DNA of 64,000 nt from Bacillales bacterium UBA1744. Its GTDB lineage: Bacteria > Bacillota_I > Bacilli_A > RFN20 > CAG-826. Below are positions 39,291 through 51,071 of the stretch, piece after piece. The stretch covers positions 6,101 through 70,100 of the forward strand of contig DCHU01000026.1 in NCBI GenBank assembly GCA_002314915.1. Reading direction: 5' to 3'. The translations under genes were made by a program, and so were the position numbers. The notes beneath the pieces were generated by a model that saw nothing but the letters and a program-made list of their open reading frames with translations, ran no database searches and was not told the DNA's origin. How positions within the stretch are numbered: the stretch's first letter is position 1; every line of letters begins with the position of its first letter.

Positions 39291-39971
39291 TTATTCTCCT
39301 TTCTGGTAGTTAACGAGAGCCTTAACTTCTGGTTTGCCCTTCTGTGTGAGGACTGCGCTTCTGATCATAACTAATGACTTCTTTGCGCCTGGGATACCGC
39401 CCTTAACGAGGATGTAGCCCTTTTCTGAGTTAGACTCGATAACTGTGATGTTCTGGACAGTGCACTGTCTTGGTCCCCAGTGGCCTGACATAAGCTTTCC
39501 TGGGATGACTCTGTTGTTGCAACGGCCATTGTTTGCTAATGAACCGATCTGTCTGTGGTAACCGGAACCGTGTCCTCTTGGACCAACGTGCTTTCCGTAT
39601 TTCTTGATGACGCCGCTGTAGCCATGGCCCTTTGTTGTGCCGATGACGTCGACGACTTCTCCTGCTGCGAAGATTCCGCAATCGATTGTCTCGCCGACAT
39701 TCTTTGCATAAACTTCGTCGCCCTTGAGTTCATAAATGTACTTCTTTGGGCTTACTCCGGCTTTCTTGAAGATTCCGAGCTCACACTTGTTAGCTCTCTT
39801 CTCTGCCTTGTCTTCATATCCGATTTGGATTGCTTCATAACCGTCTTTTTCATTTGTTTTCTTTGCGATGACGGTGTTAGGCAAGACCTCAATAACAGTG
39901 ACTGGATACATTGTTCCGTCTGCTGCGAAGACTTCAGTCATGCCCATTTTTCTTCCGATGATGGATTTCAT
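39291..39971 (-). CDS. rplC: 50S ribosomal protein L3
   Basis: 226 aa. Confidence 0.95.
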   Translation of the reverse strand: MKSIIGRKMGMTEVFAADGTMYPVTVIEVLPNTVIAKKTNEKDGYEAIQIGYEDKAEKRANKCELGIFKKAGVSPKKYIYELKGDEVYAKNVGETIDCGIFAAGEVVDVIGTTKGHGYSGVIKKYGKHVGPRGHGSGYHRQIGSLANNGRCNNRVIPGKLMSGHWGPRQCTVQNITVIESNSEKGYILVKGGIPGAKKSLVMIRSAVLTQKGKPEVKALVNYQKGE

Positions 39972-39989
39972 GATGATTTGGTCCTCCTA

Positions 39990-40304
39990 TTACTTTGCTG
40001 TGACATCAATGTCGACTCCAGCTGGAAGATCAAGTCTTCTGATCTGGTCAACTGTTTCCTTCTTTGGATTAACGATGTCAATTAATCTCTTGTGGGTGCG
40101 GATTTCGAACTGTTCGCGAGCATCCTTGTACTTGAATGTTGCACGAAGAATTGTGTAAACCTGCTTTTCGGTTGGGAGTGGGACTGGTCCGACAACTCCG
40201 GCGCCTGTGGTTTTGGCCACTGCGATGATCTTCTCAACTGCGACGTCGAGGATCTTGTGGTCGTAAGCTTGCAATCTGATGCGCAAGACTGTTTCTTTCG
40301 CCAT
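39990..40304 (-). CDS. rpsJ: 30S ribosomal protein S10
   Basis: The start was trimmed to [17 protein letters not shown]. The track ORF begins at an upstream TTG. The start coordinate is accurate to within 1 nt. Confidence 0.9.
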   Translation of the reverse strand: MAKETVLRIRLQAYDHKILDVAVEKIIAVAKTTGAGVVGPVPLPTEKQVYTILRATFKYKDAREQFEIRTHKRLIDIVNPKKETVDQIRRLDLPAGVDIDVTAK

Positions 40305-40438
40305 GAATTTTCCTCCTGTGATTTTCTTCTGGCTTGTTAGTGAGTGTTCCATCCGAGTTTCCTGACGTCCCCCATAGTCGACAACGGCTCTGGGTGTGTC
40401 AGCAACATCGAACTTCAACGCACACGCCAACGGTTAGG

Positions 40439-40467
40439 ACTATACACGCATAGATATAGTCGGTCAA
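40439..40467 (-). promoter_or_regulatory. Sigma-A promoter of the S10 operon (TTGACC-17-TATAGT)
   Basis: The minus strand reads TTGACCgactatatctatgcgtgTATAGT, about 135 nt upstream of rpsJ. It is followed by an untranslated leader. Confidence 0.5.
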
Positions 40468-40622
40468 CACTTTTTATTAAAAAAGAGCACTTTTTGCTAA
40501 ATTCCCCTACAAGATACACAAAAATAAACGGATCGGAAATACTAATCCATTGTGCACCGTGCACATATTTTAACCGGACGATGCCAAAAATTAGATATTC
40601 GATGTGCTACGAAAAAAGGAGG

Positions 40623-41300
40623 TTATTCGCCTCCGTTCTCCTGGTTTTTTAGCTTCTGCAAATAGCCGCCATACGATATCTGACAGCCACAATATTGCTG
40701 GTTGTAGAGCTCGTAATGGAGCCTTAATTCTCTTGCTTTATCAATTCCTGCGTTCTTCTTGAAGTCGCTGTAGAAGTATTTGCATCTAGCGTGTTCTGCC
40801 TCAAGTTTTTTGCCGATTCCGTTCATTATCTGAGAGTCTTTTTGCCTCGAGATAGTCATGACTGTGGTGAAGTAATCATAGCCATTTTTCTCCGCGTAAT
40901 CATATGCGCCTCTCATGCGTTTTTCGTAGCATAACTGGCACCTGATTCCACCCTCTCTTAGGTCTTGATATGGTAGAAGGTCTTTCATGTATCCCGGATT
41001 GTCATATGGCTCAATTATGATGTTTACATCATATCCATAATCTCTCTTGTACCATTCAAGGAGTTTTTTGAGTTCTTCAAGGCGTCTCGTATACTCCTCA
41101 ATAGGATAGATATTTGAGTTGTTGAAATAGATGGTGACATCAAAGTGCGGGCACAGGAAAGTAAGAGGGAAACACGAGCACGGGCCACAGCAGGCGTGCA
41201 GTAAAAGCTTAGGTTTTACACCCGCTTTAAGTCCCTCTATCTCCTTAAGGCTAACCGCATAGTAATTAGTCTTTTTTGGAGGAGTTTTAATCCTGGTCAT
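40623..41300 (-). CDS. queH: Epoxyqueuosine reductase QueH (DUF208)
   Basis: It has the [10 protein letters not shown] motif of the Cys-rich DUF208 family. The start is uncertain. The MTRIK Met at 41300 was chosen because longer forms overlap queA. Confidence 0.7.
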   Translation of the reverse strand: MTRIKTPPKKTNYYAVSLKEIEGLKAGVKPKLLLHACCGPCSCFPLTFLCPHFDVTIYFNNSNIYPIEEYTRRLEELKKLLEWYKRDYGYDVNIIIEPYDNPGYMKDLLPYQDLREGGIRCQLCYEKRMRGAYDYAEKNGYDYFTTVMTISRQKDSQIMNGIGKKLEAEHARCKYFYSDFKKNAGIDKARELRLHYELYNQQYCGCQISYGGYLQKLKNQENGGE

Positions 41301-42345
41301 TTTTCGAGTAGTCGTATTTTCCATAGATGAACATTGAGTCCCCGAAACTGAAGAATCTGTATTTCTCTTTAACCGCCTCTTCATAACAGTGAAGAGTCCA
41401 GTGTCTGCCCATGAAGGCAGAGACAAGCATGACAAGCGTGCTCTTTGGGAGGTGGAAGTTGGTGATTAAACAATCAACCGCCTTATATTCGTATCCTGGC
41501 TGGATGAAGATGCATGTTGCGTCTTTATCCGCTTTGAAAGTGCCGAACTTCTTGTAGACGGATTCAAGGGTTCTGACTGATGTTGTTCCAATCGCGATGA
41601 TTCTGCGTCCTTCTGCTTTGGCTTTGTTTAATGTATTCGCTGCCTCTTCGGACATTTCATATGTCTCGGAGTGCATAACGTGGTCTTTTGTGTCTGTGAC
41701 TTTGACAGGTCTAAATGTGCCAAGTCCGATGTTTAATGTGACGTCCACTACCTCAATTCCCATTGCCTGGATCTTCTCAAAGAGTTCCTTTGTGAAATGG
41801 AATCCGGCGGTTGGAGCCGCGCTGCTTCCAGGGACTTTTGCATAGACGGTCTGGTAGTCGTCATTGTTTGCGCACTGTTGTTTGATATATGGAGGGAGCG
41901 GCATTTTGCCGAGTTTATCCAATACTTCTAAGAAGATGCCATCATAGATGAATCTCATGTGGCGGATGCCTTCAGGGAATACCTCAACGCATTCGCATTT
42001 GAGCTCTCCGTTACCAAAAGAACAGATTGTTCCAGGTCTTACTGAATGAGCGTTTCCAACCAAGCATTCCCAAACATCGTTTTCAAGCTGTTTGAGGAGC
42101 AAAACCTCTACCTTACCTTTGGTAGCCTCTTTGACTCCAATTAGTCTTGCAGGGATGACTTTTGTGTTGTTTCTAACTAGAACATCGCCTGGCTTAAGGT
42201 AATTTACGATATCAAAGAAGTGTTTGTGCTCAATTGTCTTGCGTTCTCTATCTACGACTAAAAGACGGCATTCATCTCTTACCGATGATGGAGATTGGGC
42301 AATGAGTTCTTCTGGAAGTTCAAAATCGAATAATGAAATATCCAT
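41287..42345 (-). CDS. queA: S-adenosylmethionine:tRNA ribosyltransferase-isomerase
   Basis: 352 aa. It has the [14 protein letters not shown]-terminus and full-length QueA similarity. Confidence 0.9.
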   Translation of the reverse strand: MDISLFDFELPEELIAQSPSSVRDECRLLVVDRERKTIEHKHFFDIVNYLKPGDVLVRNNTKVIPARLIGVKEATKGKVEVLLLKQLENDVWECLVGNAHSVRPGTICSFGNGELKCECVEVFPEGIRHMRFIYDGIFLEVLDKLGKMPLPPYIKQQCANNDDYQTVYAKVPGSSAAPTAGFHFTKELFEKIQAMGIEVVDVTLNIGLGTFRPVKVTDTKDHVMHSETYEMSEEAANTLNKAKAEGRRIIAIGTTSVRTLESVYKKFGTFKADKDATCIFIQPGYEYKAVDCLITNFHLPKSTLVMLVSAFMGRHWTLHCYEEAVKEKYRFFSFGDSMFIYGKYDYSKNDQD

Positions 42346-44023
<1,678 letters not shown>

Positions 44024-44030
44024 TTTAAAT

Positions 44031-44070
44031 CTCCTTGTTTTTTATACGTGGTTCAGAGGATAGAACACGT
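44031..44070 (-). ncRNA. Candidate preQ1-I riboswitch controlling queT translation
   Basis: The minus strand reads ACGUG-UUCUAUCCUCUGAAC-CACGU-AUAAAAAACAAGGAG. The 5-bp P1 stem closes a loop that begins UUCUA. The A-rich tail AUAAAAAAC matches the B. subtilis queC aptamer (AGAGG-UUCUAGCUACAC-CCUCU-AUAAAAAACUAAGG). The loop UCCUC can pair with the SD AGGAG located 8 nt before the AUG. Confidence 0.5.
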
Positions 44071-44095
44071 TTTCGCAGTATTTTATACTATTTTG

Positions 44096-45334
44096 CTAAC
44101 AGTGTGTATTCTTATTTTTCAAAATCTCAGCAAGTCCGCCTTGAGCGGTTTCTTTATACTTATCCGATAATGAATCTCCGGTGATCTTCATGGCCTCGAC
44201 AACATCATCAAAAGAGACCTTATTTGTTCTTAGTGGCGCTATATATTTTGCATAAAGGAACGCGTTATATGCGCGTAATGCACCCATGCCATTTCTCTCG
44301 ATGCAAGGGATGACGACAAATCCGTCAACAGGGTCGCAGCTTAAGCCCAAGAAATGCTCCATTGCGCACTCTGCGGCATACTCGATTTGATACAAAGAAT
44401 TTCCGTCAACGAAAGCTATTGCTGCAGCCGCCATTGAACTGGCCGTTCCAATCTCCGCCTGACAGCCTCCGATAGAGCCCGCAATCGATGCGTTTTGCTT
44501 TACGATATTTCCTATCATTCCAGCTACATATAAGGAGTCTCTAAGTTCTTCTAGAGTCTTTCCTCGATACTTATATCCATAATATAGAACTGATGGCAAT
44601 ACACCTGAAGATCCGCAGGTTGGTCCTGTTACAACTTCACACCCTGCTGCGCTATTCTCTGCAACAGCGTAAGCAAAAGACGTTATGAGCATCTCTCTTT
44701 TGGCTTCTTGTTCCTTTATGTGTTTTGCGGCTTTATTGATATCTCCAGCGCATCTTGAATACTGAAGTCTAGGGTTGTTATTCGTGATAATCTGCCCTTT
44801 TCTCTCCAATCCATCCTCAACGCTCTTGAACATATCCTTAAGGATATCCATCAAATCATCATCAACTGACGGTTTCTCAAATCGCAAGCATAATTCCTTG
44901 ACTGTTTTTATGTCATTTTCGGCCATATAAGCCTTGATAGAGTTGAAATCCTTGAACGGATAGATATTAGGCTCATTTACCTCTATATCGTCCGGAGAAG
45001 CTATTTCTCCGCCACCTAATGAGTAATATGTATTCTTAAAAGAATGAGTATTATCAAGAGAATGGTACTCAAAAATCATTTTCAAAGGATGTTCAGTCGG
45101 TTCAAAAGGCTTTAAATCAAAAGTGACATCATATCCATCAAGAACTTTGATGATGGCATCTTGGGTCTTGTGACCACCGCCGGTGAAAGCTAAAGAACCG
45201 TATAAAGTAACGGTAATTTTACCGTTGGTCTCTTTTAAGAGTCTTTTAAATGCTTTAGCACAATTTGAAGGTGCAATCGTGTGTGAGGAAGATGGGCCTG
45301 GTCCCACTCGAAATAACTTAGTGATGGATTTCAT
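44096..45334 (-). CDS. sdaA: L-serine dehydratase, iron-sulfur dependent, single-chain (fused beta-alpha)
   Basis: It has the N-terminal GPGPSSSHT motif (beta domain) and an alpha domain carrying Cys ligands. Length is 412 aa. Confidence 0.8.
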   Translation of the reverse strand: MKSITKLFRVGPGPSSSHTIAPSNCAKAFKRLLKETNGKITVTLYGSLAFTGGGHKTQDAIIKVLDGYDVTFDLKPFEPTEHPLKMIFEYHSLDNTHSFKNTYYSLGGGEIASPDDIEVNEPNIYPFKDFNSIKAYMAENDIKTVKELCLRFEKPSVDDDLMDILKDMFKSVEDGLERKGQIITNNNPRLQYSRCAGDINKAAKHIKEQEAKREMLITSFAYAVAENSAAGCEVVTGPTCGSSGVLPSVLYYGYKYRGKTLEELRDSLYVAGMIGNIVKQNASIAGSIGGCQAEIGTASSMAAAAIAFVDGNSLYQIEYAAECAMEHFLGLSCDPVDGFVVIPCIERNGMGALRAYNAFLYAKYIAPLRTNKVSFDDVVEAMKITGDSLSDKYKETAQGGLAEILKNKNTHC

Positions 45335-45427
45335 ATTTTATAAAACCTGTATTTGCACCACAATCATATAAGCAAAATAAAATTTTGCCTATATTTTTAA
45401 GGCCTTTTTCATTATTATTTTAGACGT

Positions 45428-45916
45428 ATGCGAACAATGATTGTCTTATCAGCACTTCCAGGAAGCGGAAAAAGCACCTGGAGCAACAAGTTCTCCGCTG
45501 AACACAAGAACACACATATCATCAGTTCTGATGAGATTAGAAAAGAGTTCTTTGGCGCAATAAATTGCTTCAAGAACGAACCGTTGGTCTGGCAGACATT
45601 CCTCGATAGATTAAACTCATATAAAGATTCCGAGGAAGATGTATACGTAATCGCAGATGCGACAAACTTACAGAACAAGTTCCGTGAGTACTATTACGAG
45701 ACGACTCCTGGATACGATAAACACATCTTGGTATTATTCGATATCCCATATGAAATATGTCTACTTCAGAACAAAATGCGATCGCCAGAAAGAATCGTTC
45801 CTGACCACGCGATGGAGAGATTGAGAAAAGAGATGGAGCAGCCATCCGAGAAAGTTATCGAGTTATATGATGAAATAATCCATGTAACAGATATTGCAAA
45901 ATCCCTACAAAAATAA
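45428..45916 (+). CDS. Small P-loop kinase (AAA_33/PNK-like), paralogue 1
   Basis: It has a Walker A motif (LPGSGKST) and a downstream SDEIRKEFFG. Length is 162 aa. Confidence 0.65.
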   Translation: MRTMIVLSALPGSGKSTWSNKFSAEHKNTHIISSDEIRKEFFGAINCFKNEPLVWQTFLDRLNSYKDSEEDVYVIADATNLQNKFREYYYETTPGYDKHILVLFDIPYEICLLQNKMRSPERIVPDHAMERLRKEMEQPSEKVIELYDEIIHVTDIAKSLQK

Positions 45917-45958
45917 GAAAAGCGCCCTGAATTGGGACGCTTTTTGTTTTGGTTTTAA

Positions 45959-46900
45959 TTATCTAGCTTTCTTCTTGTTTGGAAGAGCGACAACTGCAAG
46001 GCCAAGGCAAACGATTGCAACGCCAAGGACGATGAGCATAACCGAGTAAGCTGTGCCCCACTTTAAGTCTGCTAATTTGCCAACGAACTTGTTAGCGATG
46101 ATGAAGACCTTCTCGTCTTTCCATGAGAAGTTCAAGACAGCGAGTGTGATCATGTCAGCGCCAGTTACTAATGAAGCTGTGCAAACTGCAAGAGTGCTTG
46201 CTTTTGCAAGGCCCTTCTTTGATGTGAGAAGAGAGACAATTGAAGCAGCTAAGATTGCAGCGCCGATGAGAGCGATTGCGAAGAGCTGGATGTTGACCTT
46301 TCCGACGTACATTGCCTGAACGTTTGCTGGGAGAAGGAAGATTGCGCTTAAGATTGGAAGGAGGAATAAAGGAGCACCAGCAGCAACACCTGCGACAGAT
46401 AAGCTGTTGATGAGTGGGCTTGAATCCTTTCCGTCGAATAACTTGACTGTTGGGATGTTAACAGCGATTAAGAGACCGATTGCGACAACAGCGCACATAG
46501 CGATTGTGAACCAGACGTTTGCTTCACCTGAGACCATTCCGAAGAATAATGCACCGTTTAAGATGAAGAAGATTGCTGCAAGCCATCCTTCTGCAATAAA
46601 TGCAGAGAATGAGTTGACGACATCAGCGTCGCCACCGCCCTGGATTGACTTGACTGCGTCGATAACGCCCTTAACAGCAACTGCCGCCATTGCGATACCG
46701 ATGACTGCTAACTCGAGGTAGAAGACATATGAGGTGCTGATAAGAGCTAACTCATCAGAGAACTCAGCATATGTAACGTTACCGCTGAAGAAGCCTGGAA
46801 CAACGAATGCTCCAAAGTAAATTCCTAACGCTCCGAAAGCGAGGAAGATTAAAGTGTGAAAAACCAAGCATAAGGTTTTCGAAGTGTTGGTATATCTCAT
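45959..46900 (-). CDS. Polytopic membrane protein of unknown function
   Basis: 313 aa with roughly 9 or 10 TM helices. Confidence 0.55.
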   Translation of the reverse strand: MRYTNTSKTLCLVFHTLIFLAFGALGIYFGAFVVPGFFSGNVTYAEFSDELALISTSYVFYLELAVIGIAMAAVAVKGVIDAVKSIQGGGDADVVNSFSAFIAEGWLAAIFFILNGALFFGMVSGEANVWFTIAMCAVVAIGLLIAVNIPTVKLFDGKDSSPLINSLSVAGVAAGAPLFLLPILSAIFLLPANVQAMYVGKVNIQLFAIALIGAAILAASIVSLLTSKKGLAKASTLAVCTASLVTGADMITLAVLNFSWKDEKVFIIANKFVGKLADLKWGTAYSVMLIVLGVAIVCLGLAVVALPNKKKAR

Positions 46901-47000
46901 AACTAACCTCTCAAAACCGCCGCACGAAAGTGAAAGCGACGCTCAATAATTAAATGCTATTCGAAATTAATAGTCAAATTATAAATTTGGAAATATTGCC

Positions 47001-48140
47001 CTACTCAGAGGCAAGTAAAGCACTCAAAAGTGCCCAAGAAAGGTTAAAACCACCGCAAATTCCGTCTATATTGAGGGATTCACCGATAAAATAGACCCCT
47101 TTTTCAGTTTTTGATTCGAGACAAGAAGTTAGGTTTTTGAGATGAATTCCACCGACCGTTACCTGAGACGAAGCGAAGTCATAAACGTCTTTGATCGTAA
47201 AAACGATGTTCTTTAAAGCGTGTGCCCAATACTCTGGAGATTGCTTTCCAGACTTTGGCAAAAGGTAGTTAATCATCTCGAGTGAGATGAATCCAAGCAT
47301 GTATTCTTTACTCACTTTTGCGGACTCTTTGATGAGTTTCAAAAGATCTTCTTCTGAGTATTCAGGGAAGAAATCGACTCTGAGTTTAGCGTCATTACGG
47401 TCTTTGTATTCTCTAGCAAACTTAGATTCGATGTTGAATATGACGATGCCAGAAATGCCATCATCCTTGAAGAGAACCTCTCCTTCTTCTTGGTATACAT
47501 TCTTACCATTAATGACCAAAGATACGGATGCTTTGTGACGTTGTCCTGAAATCGTTTTTACTTTTTCTTTTAAGATGAATGGGCATAAACCAGGAACCAA
47601 AGGTTCGATGTCATAGCCATGATCTGCGATTTCATTGAATATCTCACCATCACTACCAAGCTTTGGAGATGATGCGCCACCGGTACCGAAAACAACCTTA
47701 TCGAACGGTCCTTTATCATTAAGATAATAGCCGTCCTTTTTCTTTTTATAAGACGTTATTGTTGTTCCTAAAGATAATTTGACATCTCTATCATCCAAAA
47801 GCCTTAAAAGCTGATTTAGATAGTTTTTAGCACTATAAGAAAGTGGGTATACCAATTCATCCTTCTTAAGAAGGGGAATGCCCCATTTACAAAAGACAGA
47901 CTCTAAATATTGATATGGATACTTATCGAGCGCGTATTTGACAAATGATGGATCATTGAAGTCCTCAGGTTTAATAGACGCATTCAAAAGATTGCAGTGT
48001 CCGTTTCCCGTTGCAAGGATCTTTCTGCCTGGCTTTTGCTCTTTTTCGAATATTGTGATGGAGTCTTCTGGATGTCTCTCTTTTTGGAGAAGGGAGTAAT
48101 AGATTCCGGATGCTCCCGCTCCCACTACTGCAATGTTCAT
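47001..48140 (-). CDS. FAD-dependent oxidoreductase, HI0933/BaiN (aminoacetone oxidase) family
   Basis: It has the N-terminal GAGASGIY dinucleotide-binding motif and the C-terminal GGFNL motif typical of the HI0933 family. Confidence 0.7.
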   Translation of the reverse strand: MNIAVVGAGASGIYYSLLQKERHPEDSITIFEKEQKPGRKILATGNGHCNLLNASIKPEDFNDPSFVKYALDKYPYQYLESVFCKWGIPLLKKDELVYPLSYSAKNYLNQLLRLLDDRDVKLSLGTTITSYKKKKDGYYLNDKGPFDKVVFGTGGASSPKLGSDGEIFNEIADHGYDIEPLVPGLCPFILKEKVKTISGQRHKASVSLVINGKNVYQEEGEVLFKDDGISGIVIFNIESKFAREYKDRNDAKLRVDFFPEYSEEDLLKLIKESAKVSKEYMLGFISLEMINYLLPKSGKQSPEYWAHALKNIVFTIKDVYDFASSQVTVGGIHLKNLTSCLESKTEKGVYFIGESLNIDGICGGFNLSWALLSALLASE

Positions 48141-48219
48141 AGATATATTTTACGCATTTCTAAACAATTTTTCATTTTTTCCTTTATTCAATAAGAGTTT
48201 ATGTCAATAATAAACCGCT

Positions 48220-48708
48220 ATGAAAAAACTCATTCTTGTCTGTGGACCAGCAGCAATCGGAAAAAGCACCTTCTGTAAAAAATACCAAGAAGGACACCTT
48301 GATGAAAATGTGAGAGTCGTTGCTGCTGACGAAGTAAGAAAAGATATGTGCGGTTCTTATAAAAACTTTCCACCGGATAAGAATATGAAACCTATCTATG
48401 AAAGAATGATAGAGATTATTAAGAACTTGTATGCCACGGTTGATAATCTGACGGTCATGTTAGACACAACGATGCTATATGATGGATTGAGGCTATATTT
48501 CATTGAGCAGCTACCAATGTTTGAATACAAAGCCTTATATCTTCTTAAGCTCCACGATTACAACATCTGTCTAATTAGAAATAAGCAGAGAATAGAAGAG
48601 AAATGGGTCCCAGAAGATGTAATCATATCAATGGCAAAAAACTACAAAGACCCAGCAAAATCCACGATAGAAAAATTCAACGAATATAGAGAATTCTATG
48701 TAGATTAA
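48220..48708 (+). CDS. Small P-loop kinase (AAA_33/PNK-like), paralogue 2
   Basis: It has Walker A (GPAAIGKST) and ADEVRKDMCG. It is a 162-aa paralogue of the 45428..45916 gene. Confidence 0.65.
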   Translation: MKKLILVCGPAAIGKSTFCKKYQEGHLDENVRVVAADEVRKDMCGSYKNFPPDKNMKPIYERMIEIIKNLYATVDNLTVMLDTTMLYDGLRLYFIEQLPMFEYKALYLLKLHDYNICLIRNKQRIEEKWVPEDVIISMAKNYKDPAKSTIEKFNEYREFYVD

Positions 48709-48740
48709 AAAGAAACCGCCCGATTACACCAGTATATTCT

Positions 48741-50939
48741 TTATAGGTCTCTTGGAGCCCACTTCTCGCAGACTGAGATATCTTTTTCGACTTCGGCTGT
48801 GACGTTGCTGAACGAATATATGCCAGCGCGGGAGAGGCGTTCTGCATCTCCGAATCTCGCGACCATGTCGTTAGCGTAAGCTTTCCATGTATTTGAGGCT
48901 TCGGTTGCCTTCGCAACTGATTCAGCTTTCTTTGAGGTGTCTTTTAGATCGTTATAGAGCCTGAGCGCGATTGCTGCCTCGTATTTCAAAGCGTAATATT
49001 TGCCAAGATTCGAGAACGCGATCTGATCGAGGACCATCTGATCGAATTCCGCGTTCTTGCCTGCTGCCGCTTTGAGGGAAGATGCGAGGTCATCCACTCC
49101 TTTTGCTCCAGCATTGAGATTGTTGATGATGTCGATTGGAGTTCTCTTGCTTGGGGTTCTATTTGTCTCTAATAAGGTGCAGTATTCTGGAATTGAGTGA
49201 ACGTTTCCGTATGGGTGTTCCGATTTAGCGGTGACAAGTCTCTTGATTCCGACATATCCGAATGTGTTGGAGTTCGTCCAGTTGCCCTCTGGATACCAGG
49301 AGTCGCCGTTTACGTAGAAGAGCATATTTGCGTTAGGGAGGATGTTTCCTGCCGAGTTCATGGCGTTGAAGAGGTTGTCGACATCGCTTCTTGCCATGTC
49401 TTTGTAATGTGCGGCGAGCTTATCGTTGAAGAACTGGTTTGACAAATCGTTTTGGTAAGCGATTCTTCCAAATAACATGTAGTTATACCAATGCTTGCCC
49501 ATGTAGAGCTGACCCTTGAAGTCTGGTAACGCTGAGTCAAAGGCTTTACCTTGGACATATCCATCTGAGCCCATCAAGAATCCTTTGATTCCCTTGTTAA
49601 CAGGCATCTTGGTGATGAGAGCTCTAGCGAAGTCAGCACCTCCATATCTAAGATGGAATGAGTCATCGTTTCTTAATTCGAGCCAAAGTTTCTGTCCATC
49701 AACCATTCCATCTAAAGATGGATCGATGAGGTGAGGTTCTTCAGATGCATACATGTGTGCGGTTGCGTATTTATCTGATAAGTTGAATTTGCATGGGAGG
49801 TCACCCCAGATGTTTGCGAGCGATTTTCCATCTGCGAAGTGCATTCTGTGGATTACTTCGAAGTCTCTATTTGGGGTTTTGGTGAGGGATGTTTTAATTC
49901 CTTCACCGTATGTGTCGTGAAGCCAGTGTTCGTTTTCTTCATCTCCGTATCCAACCGATCCTGCGTTTCCACCGGCAGTTGATGGGATTTTCATGTTTTC
50001 GCCTGCGCCGATTCCGAATCCGTCTAAGTCAGGGTATGTGTCGACGAATGCTTCTACCGCTTTTCTATAATAATCCTTTGTTGTTGGGTTATCCTGATCG
50101 CAGGTGATGCCATATTTACCGTTTTCCGCGAATGTATAGACATTCCATGTATACATGTAGAATTTTATGCCTCTACCGTGAGCAAGAGACATGACGTCTT
50201 TCCAGAAGGCGATTTTCTCGTCTATCGTAATCGTCTTCACAACTTCGTAATTGCCTTCCTGCCAATGCTCATCTCTAACAAGGTCGCTTGCAGTGCCGTT
50301 ATAGCTTGAATCAAAGTATAGCTTTGTTCTCCAAACGTCGTCTAAAGCACAATCTTCATAACCAGGCACTTTGACCATTGATGCGAATGGGTTTAGTGAC
50401 CAAATGGAGAGGGCGTTATATCTATTGAGCGCCATCAAATCGAATTCCTGTTTCCAGAAATCGATATCCCACATGACGGGGATGTTGTTCTGTCCTGAGT
50501 CTCCGCCGTCTGTGTATGATGGGGTTCTCATGTCGAGAGGGATGTTGAATTTGAGTCCTCTATACTCCATGTCTGGTGAGACGTTCTTATTCTCGACTTT
50601 ATCGATTCCGTACATCTCGATTGTCTCGGCTACGTCAAGGCCGCCATACATCAAGCCGGTCTTGTCTCCTGCGGTGATGGAGATGGTTTTGTCTATTACT
50701 TCGATCTTATAAACCTGCTCACCGAGTGTTGGGTCCACTTCCTTGAAAGAGATGGAATATGTGCCTTTGGCGTTAATTTTGCCACCTTTTGCCTTAACGG
50801 CATTCTCGATGTTTGTGTAGGCGAATGTTGATAGAGCGTCTTCGCTATCATACGAGACAGAGACACTCAATTTCGGTCCGCATGATGCAAGTGTTCCAAG
50901 CAACAGCGAAAGACCTAGCATTAGTTTTGATTTATTCAT
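48741..50939 (-). CDS. Lipoprotein with glycoside-hydrolase-like architecture (paralogue A; family unassigned)
   Basis: It has a lipobox (LASCG). The N-terminal domain carries ITAGDKTGLMYGGLDVAE, which resembles the N-terminal domains of GH20, GH67 and GH115. The central region has conserved VKVPGYEDCALDDVW, TIDEK..FW.DVM..AH.RGI and TKDYYRK blocks shared with paralogues B and C. Confidence 0.5.
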   Translation of the reverse strand: MNKSKLMLGLSLLLGTLASCGPKLSVSVSYDSEDALSTFAYTNIENAVKAKGGKINAKGTYSISFKEVDPTLGEQVYKIEVIDKTISITAGDKTGLMYGGLDVAETIEMYGIDKVENKNVSPDMEYRGLKFNIPLDMRTPSYTDGGDSGQNNIPVMWDIDFWKQEFDLMALNRYNALSIWSLNPFASMVKVPGYEDCALDDVWRTKLYFDSSYNGTASDLVRDEHWQEGNYEVVKTITIDEKIAFWKDVMSLAHGRGIKFYMYTWNVYTFAENGKYGITCDQDNPTTKDYYRKAVEAFVDTYPDLDGFGIGAGENMKIPSTAGGNAGSVGYGDEENEHWLHDTYGEGIKTSLTKTPNRDFEVIHRMHFADGKSLANIWGDLPCKFNLSDKYATAHMYASEEPHLIDPSLDGMVDGQKLWLELRNDDSFHLRYGGADFARALITKMPVNKGIKGFLMGSDGYVQGKAFDSALPDFKGQLYMGKHWYNYMLFGRIAYQNDLSNQFFNDKLAAHYKDMARSDVDNLFNAMNSAGNILPNANMLFYVNGDSWYPEGNWTNSNTFGYVGIKRLVTAKSEHPYGNVHSIPEYCTLLETNRTPSKRTPIDIINNLNAGAKGVDDLASSLKAAAGKNAEFDQMVLDQIAFSNLGKYYALKYEAAIALRLYNDLKDTSKKAESVAKATEASNTWKAYANDMVARFGDAERLSRAGIYSFSNVTAEVEKDISVCEKWAPRDL

Positions 50940-51027
50940 ACGTTTTTCCTCACCGAAACTTTACATTTTGCGAAATCAATCTTTTTTATTCATTACGCGA
51001 ATGTTCAACTTCATTTCGTAGATTGCA

Positions 51028-51057
51028 AAAGAAAAGAGCCGGGATTAGCGGCTCTTT
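51028..51057 (-). terminator. Rho-independent terminator after the GH3 gene
   Basis: The minus strand reads GAGCCGC-UAAUCC-CGGCUC followed by UUUUCUUUU. Confidence 0.55.
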
Positions 51058-51071
51058 AATATGGAGGCGAG

